In this document: in pieces, positions 48,911 through 61,025 of the stretch
Layout: the number at the start of each line of letters is the position of its first letter
Position numbering within the stretch: the first letter of the stretch is position 1
From: Phyllosticta citribraziliensis
Taxonomy: Eukaryota
Assembly: GCF_038025025.1 (NCBI RefSeq)
Contig: NW_027117341.1
Coordinates: 1,054,001 to 1,118,000, forward strand
Direction of reading: 5' to 3'
Length of the DNA stretch: 64,000 nt
The notes under the pieces: generated by a model
Told to the model about the DNA's origin: nothing
Database searches by the model: none
Seen by the model: the letters and a program-made list of their open reading frames with translations, nothing else
Position numbers and translations under genes: made by a program

Positions 48911-51422
48911 ACACAATGCTAAAAAGCAAAATGATACCTCCACCACACCCCAAAGCCTCCATCATGACGGCAAAAACAACGAAAAGGCCAGCGACCAAAC
49001 AGCCTACCATCAACCCTACACCCTCACGCAACCAGCCTAACATTGCCCGAGGAGAAGCACCCCCACGCAACCAAAGAACCCCAACAACCTATCCCTCAAC
49101 CTCGATCTATCGGACCTCGTGACGAACGCCAAAAACAGAGCTGCACTCAATTTTAAAAATAAGGATAAGGACCCGAGAAGTAAAATGAAGTACTTTGAGT
49201 CTCTTTTCCACAGTGCATGCGCACGCGATGGATCAAACTCCGACACCTCCCTCCCTGTCCGGTGCGGGTGCGCCGAGGCAGCGAGCGAGAGAGCATGTTG
49301 AGAGCCGCGCCGCGCCGCGCCGCACGCTCGCAACGCTTCTTCTGGCGGGGCAGAGGTTGTATGGTCGCCCGTTTCTGCCAGCATCGTAGTGTTTAAGTAA
49401 TGTAGCCGTGGCACTGGTGGTGTTGGACTGTCTCTCTGCCTACTTTCGCACCCGCTCCGGCACAAGAAATTCTAAATGCTCCCCTTTTCCAGAGAACGTG
49501 TGCCTTTTTGACCATGTGTCCTGTGGATACGCCGCAGTGCAGTACGGGTCACACGTCTCCGGCTCGAACACGGTCATCCTTCTTCTGTTTGAAATTGCTC
49601 GCGAGGTAAATTGAGTGGGCGACAGGGGTGCACCCTGCGTGCGGCTGTGGCTGCGGCTAACGCGTTTGGGTAGTTGGCGTCGGCGAGGGCGCGTGTAGGG
49701 TGGGGCGCCTGATGGCCATGGGGAGTTGGGGTAGGTGAGGGCACAGCAGGGCTCCTTTTTGTGTCAGGGGCTAGGTTTGAGCGTGAGTGAGGAGTAGGAG
49801 GAGGAGGATGGTGGTGGTAGCGTTAGGGTGGTGTTGAGAATTGAGAAGGGGGTGCGGTGGGCAGGGTAAGGGGTTGTTGCGGTGGTGAACAGAGAAGAGG
49901 GAGAGGGGGAGAGGGAGAGAGAGAGAGTGTGTGTGAGAGAGAGAGGCGCTGGAAGCACCTTACTTTCCTCTTTGTATTCAAGGCGCTTTTCTATGTTGTT
50001 CTGAGTTGCTCGTCGTCGTCTGGACTACCGCCTTCGTACATTTCCAGCATTTTCCATCTCCAGGTTCCCGATAGACAGTGGACATATCCTCGGCATCACT
50101 CTCTTGTGCCGTGTATTTCTTGATTCTTGTGTATGGCTTTGGTGTTGTTCTGAGATGTCGAGAACGACACGACCAAAACGTCATGGTCACGACTTCAGGA
50201 GAGAGGTAACTCCGCTTGATCGAACTATCCAAAGGGTCTTTGAAAATCTGGAAATAGTCATGAGCCCAAGGGGAACCACCACTACGGGCTTACTCTGTTT
50301 GTGTTGGAAGAATGTCTTGCTTGCTACCATTGCCTTCGTGGCTGTTGGCGCTGCGGGAGATTTCTTTGACGCTTTGAACTTGCGTCCTTTCCATTTCCAC
50401 CTCGACTTCTTTTACCTTCGGCGCGAGTGCTCCGGTGCCTCAAAGACAGTTGTACGCTACAGCCTGCTGTTTGTCTCCAAACCAGTCGTTGGCAGGAAGC
50501 AAACAAGTGCAGCCCCACGGCATAGTGTTGGCAGCAATCCGAATGTACTTTTAAGCGCGCGGCAGCAGGTCAAAATGGAATGAATCCAGTCTTGTCTTAT
50601 ATAAAAGTCCATGTTGCTGTTTTCCGTCCTGGGGCTTTGGCGATGCAGAGGGGGCGCAAACCACTTACGCAGGTCGAGAGTCACTGACGAAGGAGGCAGT
50701 CACGCCCAATACTCCCAGAGGAAGCGGATGTCATCCCCAATATTCCAACTGTGCGAGCAATAATGCGAGCGCCAAACTATCAGCAATGGCACAAGTTAAA
50801 GGACAAGGCCCCAAGTACCAGATGCACTGCGGATTCTTCCACCGCCGCCCGAGTCGGAGGAGACAGTGACGGAAGGAGGGCGAATACGCCCACAAGTGAG
50901 CCCACGACTCCGACGACGAGACGATTCAAGGTTGTCGTCACTTTGTGCACCACGAAGACCAAGTCCAGAAGAGGAAGGCGTGCTGATGGCTCCACCACGC
51001 GTCTGGCCCAAGGTGGGCTGAGGCCACAACCCCAGAATTAACACTCAAACCCATTGCAGCGCACTCTCCGTACACCACCCTACTGTATACACGCCAGAAA
51101 GGCGTCTGCTCAGCGCCAACGTCCGCTGTTGTCTTGACAATGCGCACACCACCGCCGCCCACGCTACCTTACCTTTCATTCTCTCCTCCTCAACGTCCAC
51201 CACCACAACCGCATTGTCTCTCCTCGCTTTGACAATGCTCTCTTTGTGCACCACGACTGATCGTTAAGAGGATTGTTCCCATTGTTCGCCATTGTATGCT
51301 TCATCCTCTCCGCTTAAAAGTCCTGACATGCGCGCTCGACATTGAGACTGACAGACGGGACAGGAAGCAGGAGTTTCGAGACGCAATCGTTTTTGACAGT
51401 CGTTTGAGTTCCCACCACCAAA

Positions 51423-52925
51423 ATGTTGAGCCAGCGCACGTTTTGCCTTTCGGTCGTTTGGGCCGTCGCCCTCTTTGTGGCCGTTGCTGGTCAAAAAACG
51501 GAAAATGACAACCACGATGGCACGAGTGCCGCCGTCGTCAGCACCTTCCTCGACGCCTGGACGCGTCCGGTGCCGCTCATTTTCTTCTTCCACCTCTTTC
51601 TGTTCTCCTGGAGTGTCTTGACGAGTTCCTTCTCGATACACTTCTGGGCATCCTCCTTCGTCGCCCTCTTAGTCTTCCGGTACTTTCGCACTATCCTCAA
51701 CTCCGTCGCCTACATCCGCCTCAAGCCGACATTGCCTGTGGAGAATCCTAAATACACCAACAAAGACGTCACAGCAATCATACCCACGGTCGAGCCCACG
51801 GCGGCAACCTTCACCGAATGCCTCGAGCGCATCATCGCCAACGCTCCGGCTCAAATCTTGATCGTGACTGTCGGACAAGACAACGTCGATTCGGCCACGG
51901 CTCTCAGTGATAGTCTGAACACAGAAAACAAGACTAGAATCACTTCCATCTCAATCGCCAAGCCGAGCAAGAGGGAGCAGATCAAGGCCGCTGTACTCTA
52001 CGCGCAAACCCACTTCAGGACCGAGCTCATAATAACTTGCGACGACACTGTCTTTTGGCCCACAACCCTGGTCGAGTATATCATCGCTCCCTTTGAGAGG
52101 GTAAAGGTTGGTATCGTCGGTACGAGCAAGCGCGTCCGTCGCAACGATGGCCCCGTCAATTGGGCTGGATTTTGGAACCTCTTGGGTGTCTTCCGCCTCG
52201 AGCGCACCAACTTCGACCTCGCCGCGACCTGGGCAATCGACGGAGGCATGTCGTGTGTTTCTGGACGTACCTGCGCTATCCGGTCTTGCATCTTTGAAGA
52301 CCCCGAGTTCCTCCAGGCGTATACAAACGAATACATCTTCTGGGGGAGAGTTGGACCACTCAATGCCGGCGATGACAAGTTTGTCACGAGGTGGATGTAC
52401 AAGAAAGGCTGGGAAATCGCTCACCAAAAGTGCCCGGAAGCAACAATCGAAACGATCCTCGGCGTCAAGGGTGGCGCTTCTCGCTATATCAACCAGTGCC
52501 TTCGCTGGGCTCGCACAAGCGCTCGCGACAACCCGAAGATGATCTTCAGGGAAGGCCTCTGGAGAACGCACCCATGGCTGACGTACTCGGTACTGTTTAC
52601 GTCTTTCTTCAATTACTCGCTCTTTACCGACCCGTTCCTCTTCTTCCTCCTGAACAGGGCTTTGACTGACGCCAGTTTCGCACAAGTCGTCACCATCTTC
52701 ACAGATCATCCATACGTCGTCCTCGGTCTCTGGATGCTCGCCGCCAAATTCGTCCGTCCCGCATCACACTACTGGCGCAACCCTCGCGATCTCATTTACA
52801 CTCCTGGTGTCATTCTGTTTGGTTACTTCCACAGTTTGATCAAGTTGTGGGCTCTGCTCACCTGCTGGGACATCGCATGGGGAACCCGCGCCGGTGTTGA
52901 CGATGCTGCGAAAAAGAAGGATTGA
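51423..52925 (+). CDS. Processive GT2 glycosyltransferase, Cps1/hyaluronan-synthase-like polysaccharide synthase
   Basis: VTAIIPTV, DDT, VSGRT, GDDKF and the QxxRW motif QCLRW, flanked by TM segments. Intronless. Confidence 0.88.
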   Translation: MLSQRTFCLSVVWAVALFVAVAGQKTENDNHDGTSAAVVSTFLDAWTRPVPLIFFFHLFLFSWSVLTSSFSIHFWASSFVALLVFRYFRTILNSVAYIRLKPTLPVENPKYTNKDVTAIIPTVEPTAATFTECLERIIANAPAQILIVTVGQDNVDSATALSDSLNTENKTRITSISIAKPSKREQIKAAVLYAQTHFRTELIITCDDTVFWPTTLVEYIIAPFERVKVGIVGTSKRVRRNDGPVNWAGFWNLLGVFRLERTNFDLAATWAIDGGMSCVSGRTCAIRSCIFEDPEFLQAYTNEYIFWGRVGPLNAGDDKFVTRWMYKKGWEIAHQKCPEATIETILGVKGGASRYINQCLRWARTSARDNPKMIFREGLWRTHPWLTYSVLFTSFFNYSLFTDPFLFFLLNRALTDASFAQVVTIFTDHPYVVLGLWMLAAKFVRPASHYWRNPRDLIYTPGVILFGYFHSLIKLWALLTCWDIAWGTRAGVDDAAKKKD

Positions 52926-53709
52926 ATACCGAATCGCTACGCCAACACTCTCCCCTCTGCAGTTGCTACAAATACGAGCAATGTACAAACATTATGAACT
53001 CTTGGATATGGGATGGGAGGACCGGATAGACAAAAGTTCCCGCTTTGGATTTTCCTTTCGGATTGGATGGCAAGACAAAAGGCGCAAGCCGAATAGACGG
53101 TAATGGTAATGGTATAGTAATGGTTTCCAAATGGTAATGCTAATGCTCCTTTCCAATCCTCGTGTAAGTAGTGAGTTGGTTTCGCATGTAGCCAGGCGTG
53201 GTAGAGTAAGGGTTAGCGGGACGTGAGAGCAAGCATGACGTGGTGTGTACTAATGAGTGACGACTAACCAGAATATACTTCTTTGACAAGAAATTGGGCT
53301 CATCACTTGAAGAAAGCCCTTGGCCGCTAAAGGAGCCGAATAGGCCTTTTGCATAGCGCAAAGTCCGACTTGAGCAGGAATCTCCTGAGATCTCCTCTAC
53401 CCTTGTGCCTCAGGCGTGTCCTAGCCCGAAAACCACAAAAAGTTAAATGCCACTTGGAAACTTTGAGTAATTCTTTGTCTCATGATGGAACACGGAGAAG
53501 ATAATTCTCCTTCCAAGGACTAGAAGGTCGAAGTGCCCCTGCCAAAATATCAGCAATTCTCTGAAGAGCAGGGATGCAGCCCGCGGGAGCGGACCGTCAC
53601 GCTCAAACGGCAGTCTTTTGCTAGTTCCAAGACCATCAGGACCGACAAGTAAACAGCTGAAATTTTCATCTCTTCATTCGCTGACAAGACAACCGATACT
53701 TTACCTCTT

Positions 53710-55770
53710 TCACGCAGCTTCTGCGGAATACTTCCCCTCCGACCCATCGAGGTGCGCATCCAAGACCGCCGTCGTCCCCTGCAAAACACTCTGCACCGCC
53801 TCCCCCAACCTCTTCTCCAACTGCTCGACCGTACCCGCGGTGCCAGCCCAAACGCGGCCACCACTCGCCGCCCTGGCGATGCCCGCGTAGTCCGGGCTCG
53901 GCGTGAAGCTAATGTTGATCTCGTCGTTGGCGACCTTGCTGCCCTCGCCGTCCGGGTGCACGAGCAGCAGCGAGCGGCGCGGCGCGTTCCACCCGTTGTT
54001 GTTGAGCACGACGGTCAGGATGGGGATGCGGTAGCGCTGCGAGATCCAGTAGACGCTGCTGGGCACCGAGAAGAGGTAGGTCCCGTCGCCGACGATTTGG
54101 CAGACGAATTTGGGCGTGCCCGAGTCGTTGGTTGCGAGTTTGACGCCGAGGGCCTGGGGAAAAGGGGGTGGGAGTTAGCGGAAGTTCAGGAGGCGGGAGG
54201 GAGTGAGGGGAGGGAGCGTTCTTACGCCTCCGCCTGACCAGCCGAGCCCGGCGCCGCCGCAGTTGATCCAGCTGCCGGGTTCGCTTGGTTGTATCTGGTC
54301 GGCAACGAACGGCGTGTTGGTGACGGCTTCAATGACCCATATCGTGTCTTTTGGGCACGCCTTTCGCACGGCGTTGATCAGATACGACGCGGCGAAAGTG
54401 CCGTCATCGTTTGGCTTAGCCAGTTCGGAGATTGCAGCAAGCCTTTTCTTGTGGTCGTCTTGGAGTGCTGCCAAACGCTCCTCGAACGCGCTAGATTTGA
54501 GAATTTCGCTGAGTTCTGGCGTGGCCAAATGTCCATTCAGCTGCTCGAGCGCGACCTGCGAGTCTGCCTTGTACCTCGCTAGCGCGTCGATGTAGAACAG
54601 GCGGACCTGCTTTTTCAGGGGGTCCGAGTCAATGTGGTAGATTTTGGCGCCCTCTTTTGGCCTGCACTGTGTTGGGATCCACGGGACGTCGCAGTCGAGG
54701 ACCAGTATCACGTCGGCGGAGCGTATGCTATCGTCATTGCCAAACCGCATGCCCAGCCACGCCGGATGCCTTTGTTCGTGAGCAAAAGTCTCAATCTTGG
54801 GTGGTGGAGGCGCTTACGTTGCAGGAAAACACATGTCACTTCCTCCCGTATCTAGGACTCTCAAGCCTTTCACCTTGTCGGCTAGCTTCACCAACTCGCC
54901 TCCTACCCCGTGGTTGCGGCCAGAGTAACCAGTGATGACGAGCGGCTCCGAAGCATTCACGAGCGCTTCGGCAATGGTCTTCACGCCTGCAGGAGGCAAA
55001 GCGCTGGGCTCCACCGGATTCCAAAAACTCTGGTTGAGCGCGTACGGCTCGATTTCCGCCTCCATGACTTCTCTTGCGCCGCAGAGGTAGACGGGGCCCT
55101 TGGGATCGGATGTTGCGAAGCTCAGCGCACGATTGACCAGTTGCTACGCCAGGACCATTCAGTACTTTGCCTCTCACCTGATTGACTGCAGAGGAAACAG
55201 CTTCATGGACTGACCTTGACATTCTGCCCGGCCTTGATCTCGGCCGCATACCGGCAGTATTGCGAGACGATGGACATTTGATCGTGGGCGTCCTGGCACC
55301 AGTGGATATACTCGCTCTTGCTTCCTCTCATCTCGCCCTCTTGCGTGATTGGCGTGACACCCGCAAAGACCAAGACCGGAGCGCGTCCGGCGGACGCGTT
55401 GTGCACGGCAGCGGCCAGGGCTTGCGTGCCGACGTCGACATGGACGATGACGCATTGAGGCTTGTTGGTGAGCCTGTCTAGCGTCAGTCTATGTAGAGAC
55501 GAAAGGAGTGGAAGTAACAGTTACCGGGCATATCCATCTGCAAGTGAAAGTGCTACCATCTTCAAAAAGTTAGTAGAGTACTGATCTTCGGAGCAGGAGC
55601 CGTACCTCGTTTGGACAGGTGATGATTTTGGGGAAACGTCCATCCTTTTTCCTCTGACCTGTGACCATCGCTTCGATGATGCTTGGATGATCACTCCCCA
55701 GATTGACGAAGCAGTACCTAACTCCTGCGTCCCATATCGCCTCAAAAAAAGCCACCGAAGTGGTATACAT
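53710..55770 (-). CDS. Thiamine-diphosphate-dependent enzyme (acetolactate synthase / keto-acid decarboxylase-like, multi-exon)
   Basis: FVNLGSDHP, CPNE-MVALSLADGYAR, HVDVGT, GLGWSGGG and the ThDP motif GDGTYLF...VLNNNGW. Confidence 0.9.
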
Positions 55771-56200
55771 TGCGCCGAATCGGGATCCCTGGAAGAGCAA
55801 AGCTTCAACGGTGCAGATTTGACGGCAAGATCTTCTCAATGTCTCTTGTATGATCAGATCGGATGGTAACACAAGCGATGTCAAGGGTGTTTTGTAGTCC
55901 TGCGATTGATCAAGGAGCACGCACTAATACCCCACACTTGAGTTATCGTCGTCGGCTTGCTCGAGCGGGAACCGGGATCTGGCCGGGATGTGCATGCCGA
56001 ATACCCGGGATCCATCTTTATGTCAACTTCATCTGTCATTGACAGCTGTGCGGACTGATGGACTGGAAACAATGTATCGTCTCTTCATTGCTTCCGAGCT
56101 AAAGGTCTAGTATGTGGTATGTAAGTGAACTCCGAACCAGTGAACAAGGTATCCGTGTGCCAACGCCGTCTACAAAAGCCTCAAACATGAAGTAGCAACA

Positions 56201-57843
56201 TTACTTGGCTTCTCTGACCGTCTTCTCCCGTCTTTCTACGTCTTTCATCTCCTCTAACATGACTTCGTTGAACTGGTCTGCACCGTCGAGGTAAACGTGG
56301 TGGCCAGCCTTTCGGATGATCACAACTTTGGCGTCGCCATTATCTCGCTTCTTTTCCTCTTCGGTCTTTCCTTGCAGAGCCTTTTCTTTTTCTTCCTTGA
56401 GTTTTTGCTCGGCGGCGAAACCGCCCTTGACATCCATCCAGTCGTTTTCTCCATACATGAAGACGACGGGAATGCCGTTTTCCCTTGGCTTTCCTTGGTC
56501 ACCCTGCTCATCAGGGATGGGTCCAGAGTGAACACCAAGATATTGTCTTCCAACGCCGTGAATACGGCGGATCAAGGGGCTGCGGGCAAAAGCACCTGGA
56601 GCAAGGACGTACGCCAGGGCATACTCGCCACTCCCTCTTTGGCGGAAGAGAGAGTAGGAATAGTCATGCAAGGCTTGCGACTCTTCGGATGGAAGATGCG
56701 CAAAGCGTCGGGAAGTCCAGCCCGAGACAAGTCGCGGTCCGAGTGGTCCAGACCAGCGTATGAGAGAGAAGGGGCTAATGTTTGCATCCCACAGATAGGT
56801 CAACCACTTTGGAAGCTGTCGACGCGGTGGCTTCCCATTTGGCGCTGATTCTGGCTTTTCTACTCCGCCCTGCTTAGCAGCGTCGGGGATGTCGGGGTTG
56901 CTGCCTTCTGCGGTCGCGATTTGCGATTGCGTGAATTCATTCGCCATCGAGGAGTCGCCCGGCTCCGGCATGTCCGCGTTGACAGCGTAAGGGTCCTCGG
57001 GAATGCCGACAGGGCTGGCGAGGATCAACTTGTTCAAGCGTCCTGGATACTTGAGGGCGTACGCGACAGCCATGTACCCGCCCAAGCTGTGGCCGAGGAT
57101 GGTAAATCTTTCAATCTTCCGCTTGACGCGCCACTCCTCGAGAGCATCGATGAACCAATTCTCGGCCTCGGTGATTTGAGCCTGGCGGTCTTTACCAGTC
57201 AGCTTGAACGGGGGGCGGCCGCTGCGCCCCATTCCCAGCCAGTCGAGCGCATACAGCTTCCAGCCCTGTGCTCGGCTGAGACCCTCGTAGTTTTTGTAAA
57301 AGAATCCGAGACCAGCGCCGTAGCCATGAAGCATGACAAGGTTGTTTTCCACGGCCTCGCCAACACGCTCGACAGAAAACTCGTTGAGGGCCCGGTCTTT
57401 CCCAGAGAGCTCGACCATGGTTGAGTTCCATCGTCTTGGGCCGTAGGGGTCTGTCACCGAGTTTGACGTCACAGGTTCGGCGACATCGGCGGGATCCTGG
57501 GAAACGTTCATCGAGGAAGGCGAGGTGGATGGGGGCGCCGAGCCGGTCTGGGTGTGCGTCGGCGGCTTCTGGAGGTAGGGAATGAAGGATAGAACTTTGT
57601 GTTCGGTGACAGCAGGTGATAGACCTGCCCACTGGACGTTGTTAGCAGACTGGACGTGGTGGTTGGATGTGGACGCCGTACCCACTGAGAGAAGCCCTCC
57701 TTGTAGCCCAAAGGAAAGTATCCGTTGAAGCCTCGGCCATTTGGGGGCTGCGGTGGGACGCTCCCGGACTGCTGGGCTCGGTGCGAAGCCAGAGGGCTCT
57801 GCTGGGTCCTGGAGCGATAATCTTCGTCGTTGGAGGAGGTCAT
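56201..57843 (-). CDS. Alpha/beta hydrolase, Cld1/Ict1/ABHD4-5 family (cardiolipin deacylase-like)
   Basis: HGYGAG, GHSLG nucleophile and HHVYLD (HX4D). Intron 57632-57681. Confidence 0.88.
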
Positions 57844-58236
57844 GGTGGTTGGGTAGTCGGCGGGGCTACGGGCTCGCGGTGGCGGCCTCGTGAGGTGAGA
57901 GACGGGGAGTCGTGGAGCGCGGGTAGTCAAAACTGCGGCGGATGGGGCGGACTCGAGATGGAGTCTGCCACATGGATTTTGTATTCGACGATGCAGGGCT
58001 AGGCAACAATGAAGTGGACGAAGTGGTTGAGGGGCGGAGGTAAGGTCGCAGGCGTGTTAGCTCCACGTCCGAGGATCGTCGTCCGCCAGCAGTCGGGAGG
58101 GCCTGACCTGACCTTCCATTGTGTGACCCCGGCCCGGCCTACTACGTACCTACATCCACTGCATCCGCCTGCCATCAACACCGACGCCGCGCGTGCTCCA
58201 TCATGAATCGATAGCAATCTGCGCCCACGACGACAA

Positions 58237-59580
58237 ATGTCCGAGTCGAAGCTCGACCAGATCGTCAAAGGCGCCCCGCCGCCCTCTGTCACCGCGCCCC
58301 AGGTCGCCCAAGCCGCACGTCAACAAGATGAACCCGCCGCTCGACCCCAGGATCCGACCTCTCTCCTCCCTTCCTCTCCGCCGCAAATTTACCTCAATCT
58401 TCTGATTCTCGAGGCCTCGATGCGCTCTCAGTACCTGACCCTTCGCGCCCGCCGCCGTCAAAACACCTTCGTCCTGGCCATTTTGGTCCTGTGGATTGCC
58501 TACTTTGGCTATGCCATGTTCTTGCGCCCTCGCGAGGATGGCGGTGTGGGTGGCAGCGTCTACTGGGTTGTTGACATGGGCGAGAAGCTGGCATTCATAT
58601 CAGGAGTGGTCATGGGAATACTCTTCTGGGGCACAGGTCAGTGGGACCGCGGAGTGCGCTGGCCACGCCGCTGGATTGGCGTTGCCAACAGAGGTCTTCG
58701 CAGCATGAATTGCAAGATTGTCCTCATAAGGGGCCCATGGTGGAAAGAGCTTTTGAGCTATCTCAACTTTCTGAGCCCGTACCAACTGCTTTTTCCGGAT
58801 CCCGGCACAAGCTACCAGTACATTGACTACCCCGCGGCCGAACGGAGGACACACTTGAGAAGCAAGAGCGGCTTGCACGACCGCGAGCTTTTGGAGGAGG
58901 ACGTTGCTCCCGGTGGTGATTACATCAAGCTTCTGCTCCTGCCGAAACCATTCTCTGCCGACTTTCGTCAAAATTGGGAAATGTATCGAACAGAGTACTG
59001 GGAGAAGGAGAATGAGCGCCGCGCCCATCTCCGCAGTCGTATCAGACAAAAACACATTGAGATTGCCAAACAAGAAGGAGGCTGGCTATGGTGGACAGGC
59101 TGGCGAGGATGGAGACGTGGATTAGGTCTGGGCAAAGGCGGAGCAGACGCAGAAAAGTCGCACCATCAACATTCATATTCCAGTTCTTCCTCAAGACTTG
59201 AGGTCCCGAAGGACAAGAAGAGGCGGCCCAGCATCCTCAAGGACAAGACGAGGGACAGGTCCAATTCTCACTCGTCATCGCGCAGCACAACACCAACGCT
59301 GGAGCTGGACGACCGGAGCAGCATGGACTCGAGACGCTGGAGCAACAGCACAGCAGACGGCAAAATCGACCGCCGCAAAAGAAAGACTCCGGGCTCGATA
59401 TCCAAGCCATCGAGATTGACCCCCGCGAATCCTGGAGGCATTAGACCAACGACGCCTTCATCATCAGCTGGCGACGCTGTTTCGCGGCTGTCCAACAACA
59501 TAAGCCTTGGCGAAGACAGTGACCGCTCGGCCACGTTGACGCCGGACGAGAGCTTCCCCTCGACTACGCCGTCTGTCTAG
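58237..59580 (+). CDS. SPO7: Spo7, regulatory subunit of the Nem1-Spo7 phosphatase
   Basis: SSPPQIYLNLLILEASMRSQY, two TM segments, NRGLRSMN and FRQNWEMYRTEYWEKENERR. Confidence 0.9.
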   Translation: MSESKLDQIVKGAPPPSVTAPQVAQAARQQDEPAARPQDPTSLLPSSPPQIYLNLLILEASMRSQYLTLRARRRQNTFVLAILVLWIAYFGYAMFLRPREDGGVGGSVYWVVDMGEKLAFISGVVMGILFWGTGQWDRGVRWPRRWIGVANRGLRSMNCKIVLIRGPWWKELLSYLNFLSPYQLLFPDPGTSYQYIDYPAAERRTHLRSKSGLHDRELLEEDVAPGGDYIKLLLLPKPFSADFRQNWEMYRTEYWEKENERRAHLRSRIRQKHIEIAKQEGGWLWWTGWRGWRRGLGLGKGGADAEKSHHQHSYSSSSSRLEVPKDKKRRPSILKDKTRDRSNSHSSSRSTTPTLELDDRSSMDSRRWSNSTADGKIDRRKRKTPGSISKPSRLTPANPGGIRPTTPSSSAGDAVSRLSNNISLGEDSDRSATLTPDESFPSTTPSV

Positions 59581-60290
59581 TCTTTAGAGCTAGCCATGTG
59601 CGTTCTTAGCGTTTCAATGCATAGGTGTTGGGCCTCTCCACACACGCGTACGGACGTAAGACGCCGCCTTTGCCAAGATGATGGAAACGTATTCTATTCA
59701 ACTTTTTGATGAGAGCGGAAGACGAATTTGACTCTCGGTAGTTTATCGCAAAATTCCCCAACGAAGTCATGCAACATTTCCGAGTCTTTCATAAATTGGC
59801 CCAAGGTCTTTGCTCTTCTGATTACACAGCGTCTAAACGCATCACGGGCTCGATACAGCGCTCGAAGACCAGGCAATAGATTGGACTCCTTTCGGTTTCA
59901 ATGCGAACGTTTCTAGACGCAAGCCGTCCAAGCCTCTCACACTTTACACTATCCATTTCCATCTTACAAGTCAGCAATGCGAGCCAGCCAGCCTGCAGAA
60001 TATTACAACCCATCCATCGCCAAGACCCATCCAATCCTCCTATCCAAACGCGTTAGACCGATATCACTCTCATCAATCCTTCACTTCCACGCCCAAATCC
60101 CAGCCACCTTTCCGGAGTGTCCCCCATCCTATTCCGGTTCTGGCCCAACAGTGCTGCGCGAAGGGGCCTGCGCAATGTGAGCGTTGGTTGTCAGCTTCGC
60201 TTCCCCCGCCCAGCTCCAACAAAAGCAGCGGCCGGAACGACGCTTCCAGCACAACGGGATCGGGACTGTTCAAGGGCCGTGTTGTGGTGC

Positions 60291-61025
60291 CTAAACCTGC
60301 GCCGCCCCCGGCGCCTTGCGGCCTGCTGCGCTGGGTGCGGCCATCAGACTAAACTGGCCAGCGCCAGCCTTTGCGCGTGGCGGCGGCGGCGGCGGGGCGG
60401 GCGCGCCTCTCACACCCACTCGTCCACTCCCCGCAAACTCGTTTTGCGGCGTCGCACTCCTGGACGGAGGAGAAGCATCGAAGCCAAACTGAAAAGCGTG
60501 ATGGCCGTTGCCATTGATCCCCACGCCGCCCGCCGGCACCGGCTTCTTTTCACCGCCGTCAGCGTTGCCGCCGACGCGCTCTTCACGCCGAATCGAGTAG
60601 CCATTGGTAAGCCGAATACCGTGTTCGGGCGGCGGCAAAGGCGGCGTCGCGGGGAGCGGAAGCGGCGAAGACGCCAGACTATCGAGGCGCGCGCCACGAC
60701 GCCGCCCATCACTGTTATGATTGTTGTTGTTGTTGTCTTTTGATGTCTGTCCGCCATCACCGCCGCGTCCGGTTAGCCGCCGCAACCATGCGGCGGGCGG
60801 GTCGACGGTGCAAAACAGGTAGATGAGCAGCGCGAGCACCAGCACGATGCCGACGGCGAAGAGGGCCGCTTTGACGGCGCCGTCGTCGCTTTTTGGTGCC
60901 GAGGATGCGGAGGAGCCGAGCCCGGATCCGGAGGCGGGCTCGATGTCGGCTTCGTTGGGTTGTGGGGAGGCCGTTTGCTGCGGAAATGGCAGTGCGAGGG
61001 GGAGCGGGAGTGGGATTGGTGACAT
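60291..61025 (-). CDS. Hypothetical single-pass membrane protein with Pro-rich tail
   Basis: ATG at 61025, one hydrophobic segment (AALFAVGIVLVLALLIYLFCTV), and poly-Asn and poly-Pro tracts. Confidence 0.55.
   Translation of the reverse strand: MSPIPLPLPLALPFPQQTASPQPNEADIEPASGSGLGSSASSAPKSDDGAVKAALFAVGIVLVLALLIYLFCTVDPPAAWLRRLTGRGGDGGQTSKDNNNNNHNSDGRRRGARLDSLASSPLPLPATPPLPPPEHGIRLTNGYSIRREERVGGNADGGEKKPVPAGGVGINGNGHHAFQFGFDASPPSRSATPQNEFAGSGRVGVRGAPAPPPPPPRAKAGAGQFSLMAAPSAAGRKAPGAAQV

Noticed and set aside
53209..53216. CTAACCCT on the minus strand as a telomerase template candidate
   Set aside because: An 8-mer in a gap of under 800 nt between convergent genes, consistent with chance.
53710..56000. 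Possible TPP riboswitch in the ThDP-enzyme gene
   Set aside because: I found no CUGAGA / ACCUGAU aptamer core in the introns or leader.
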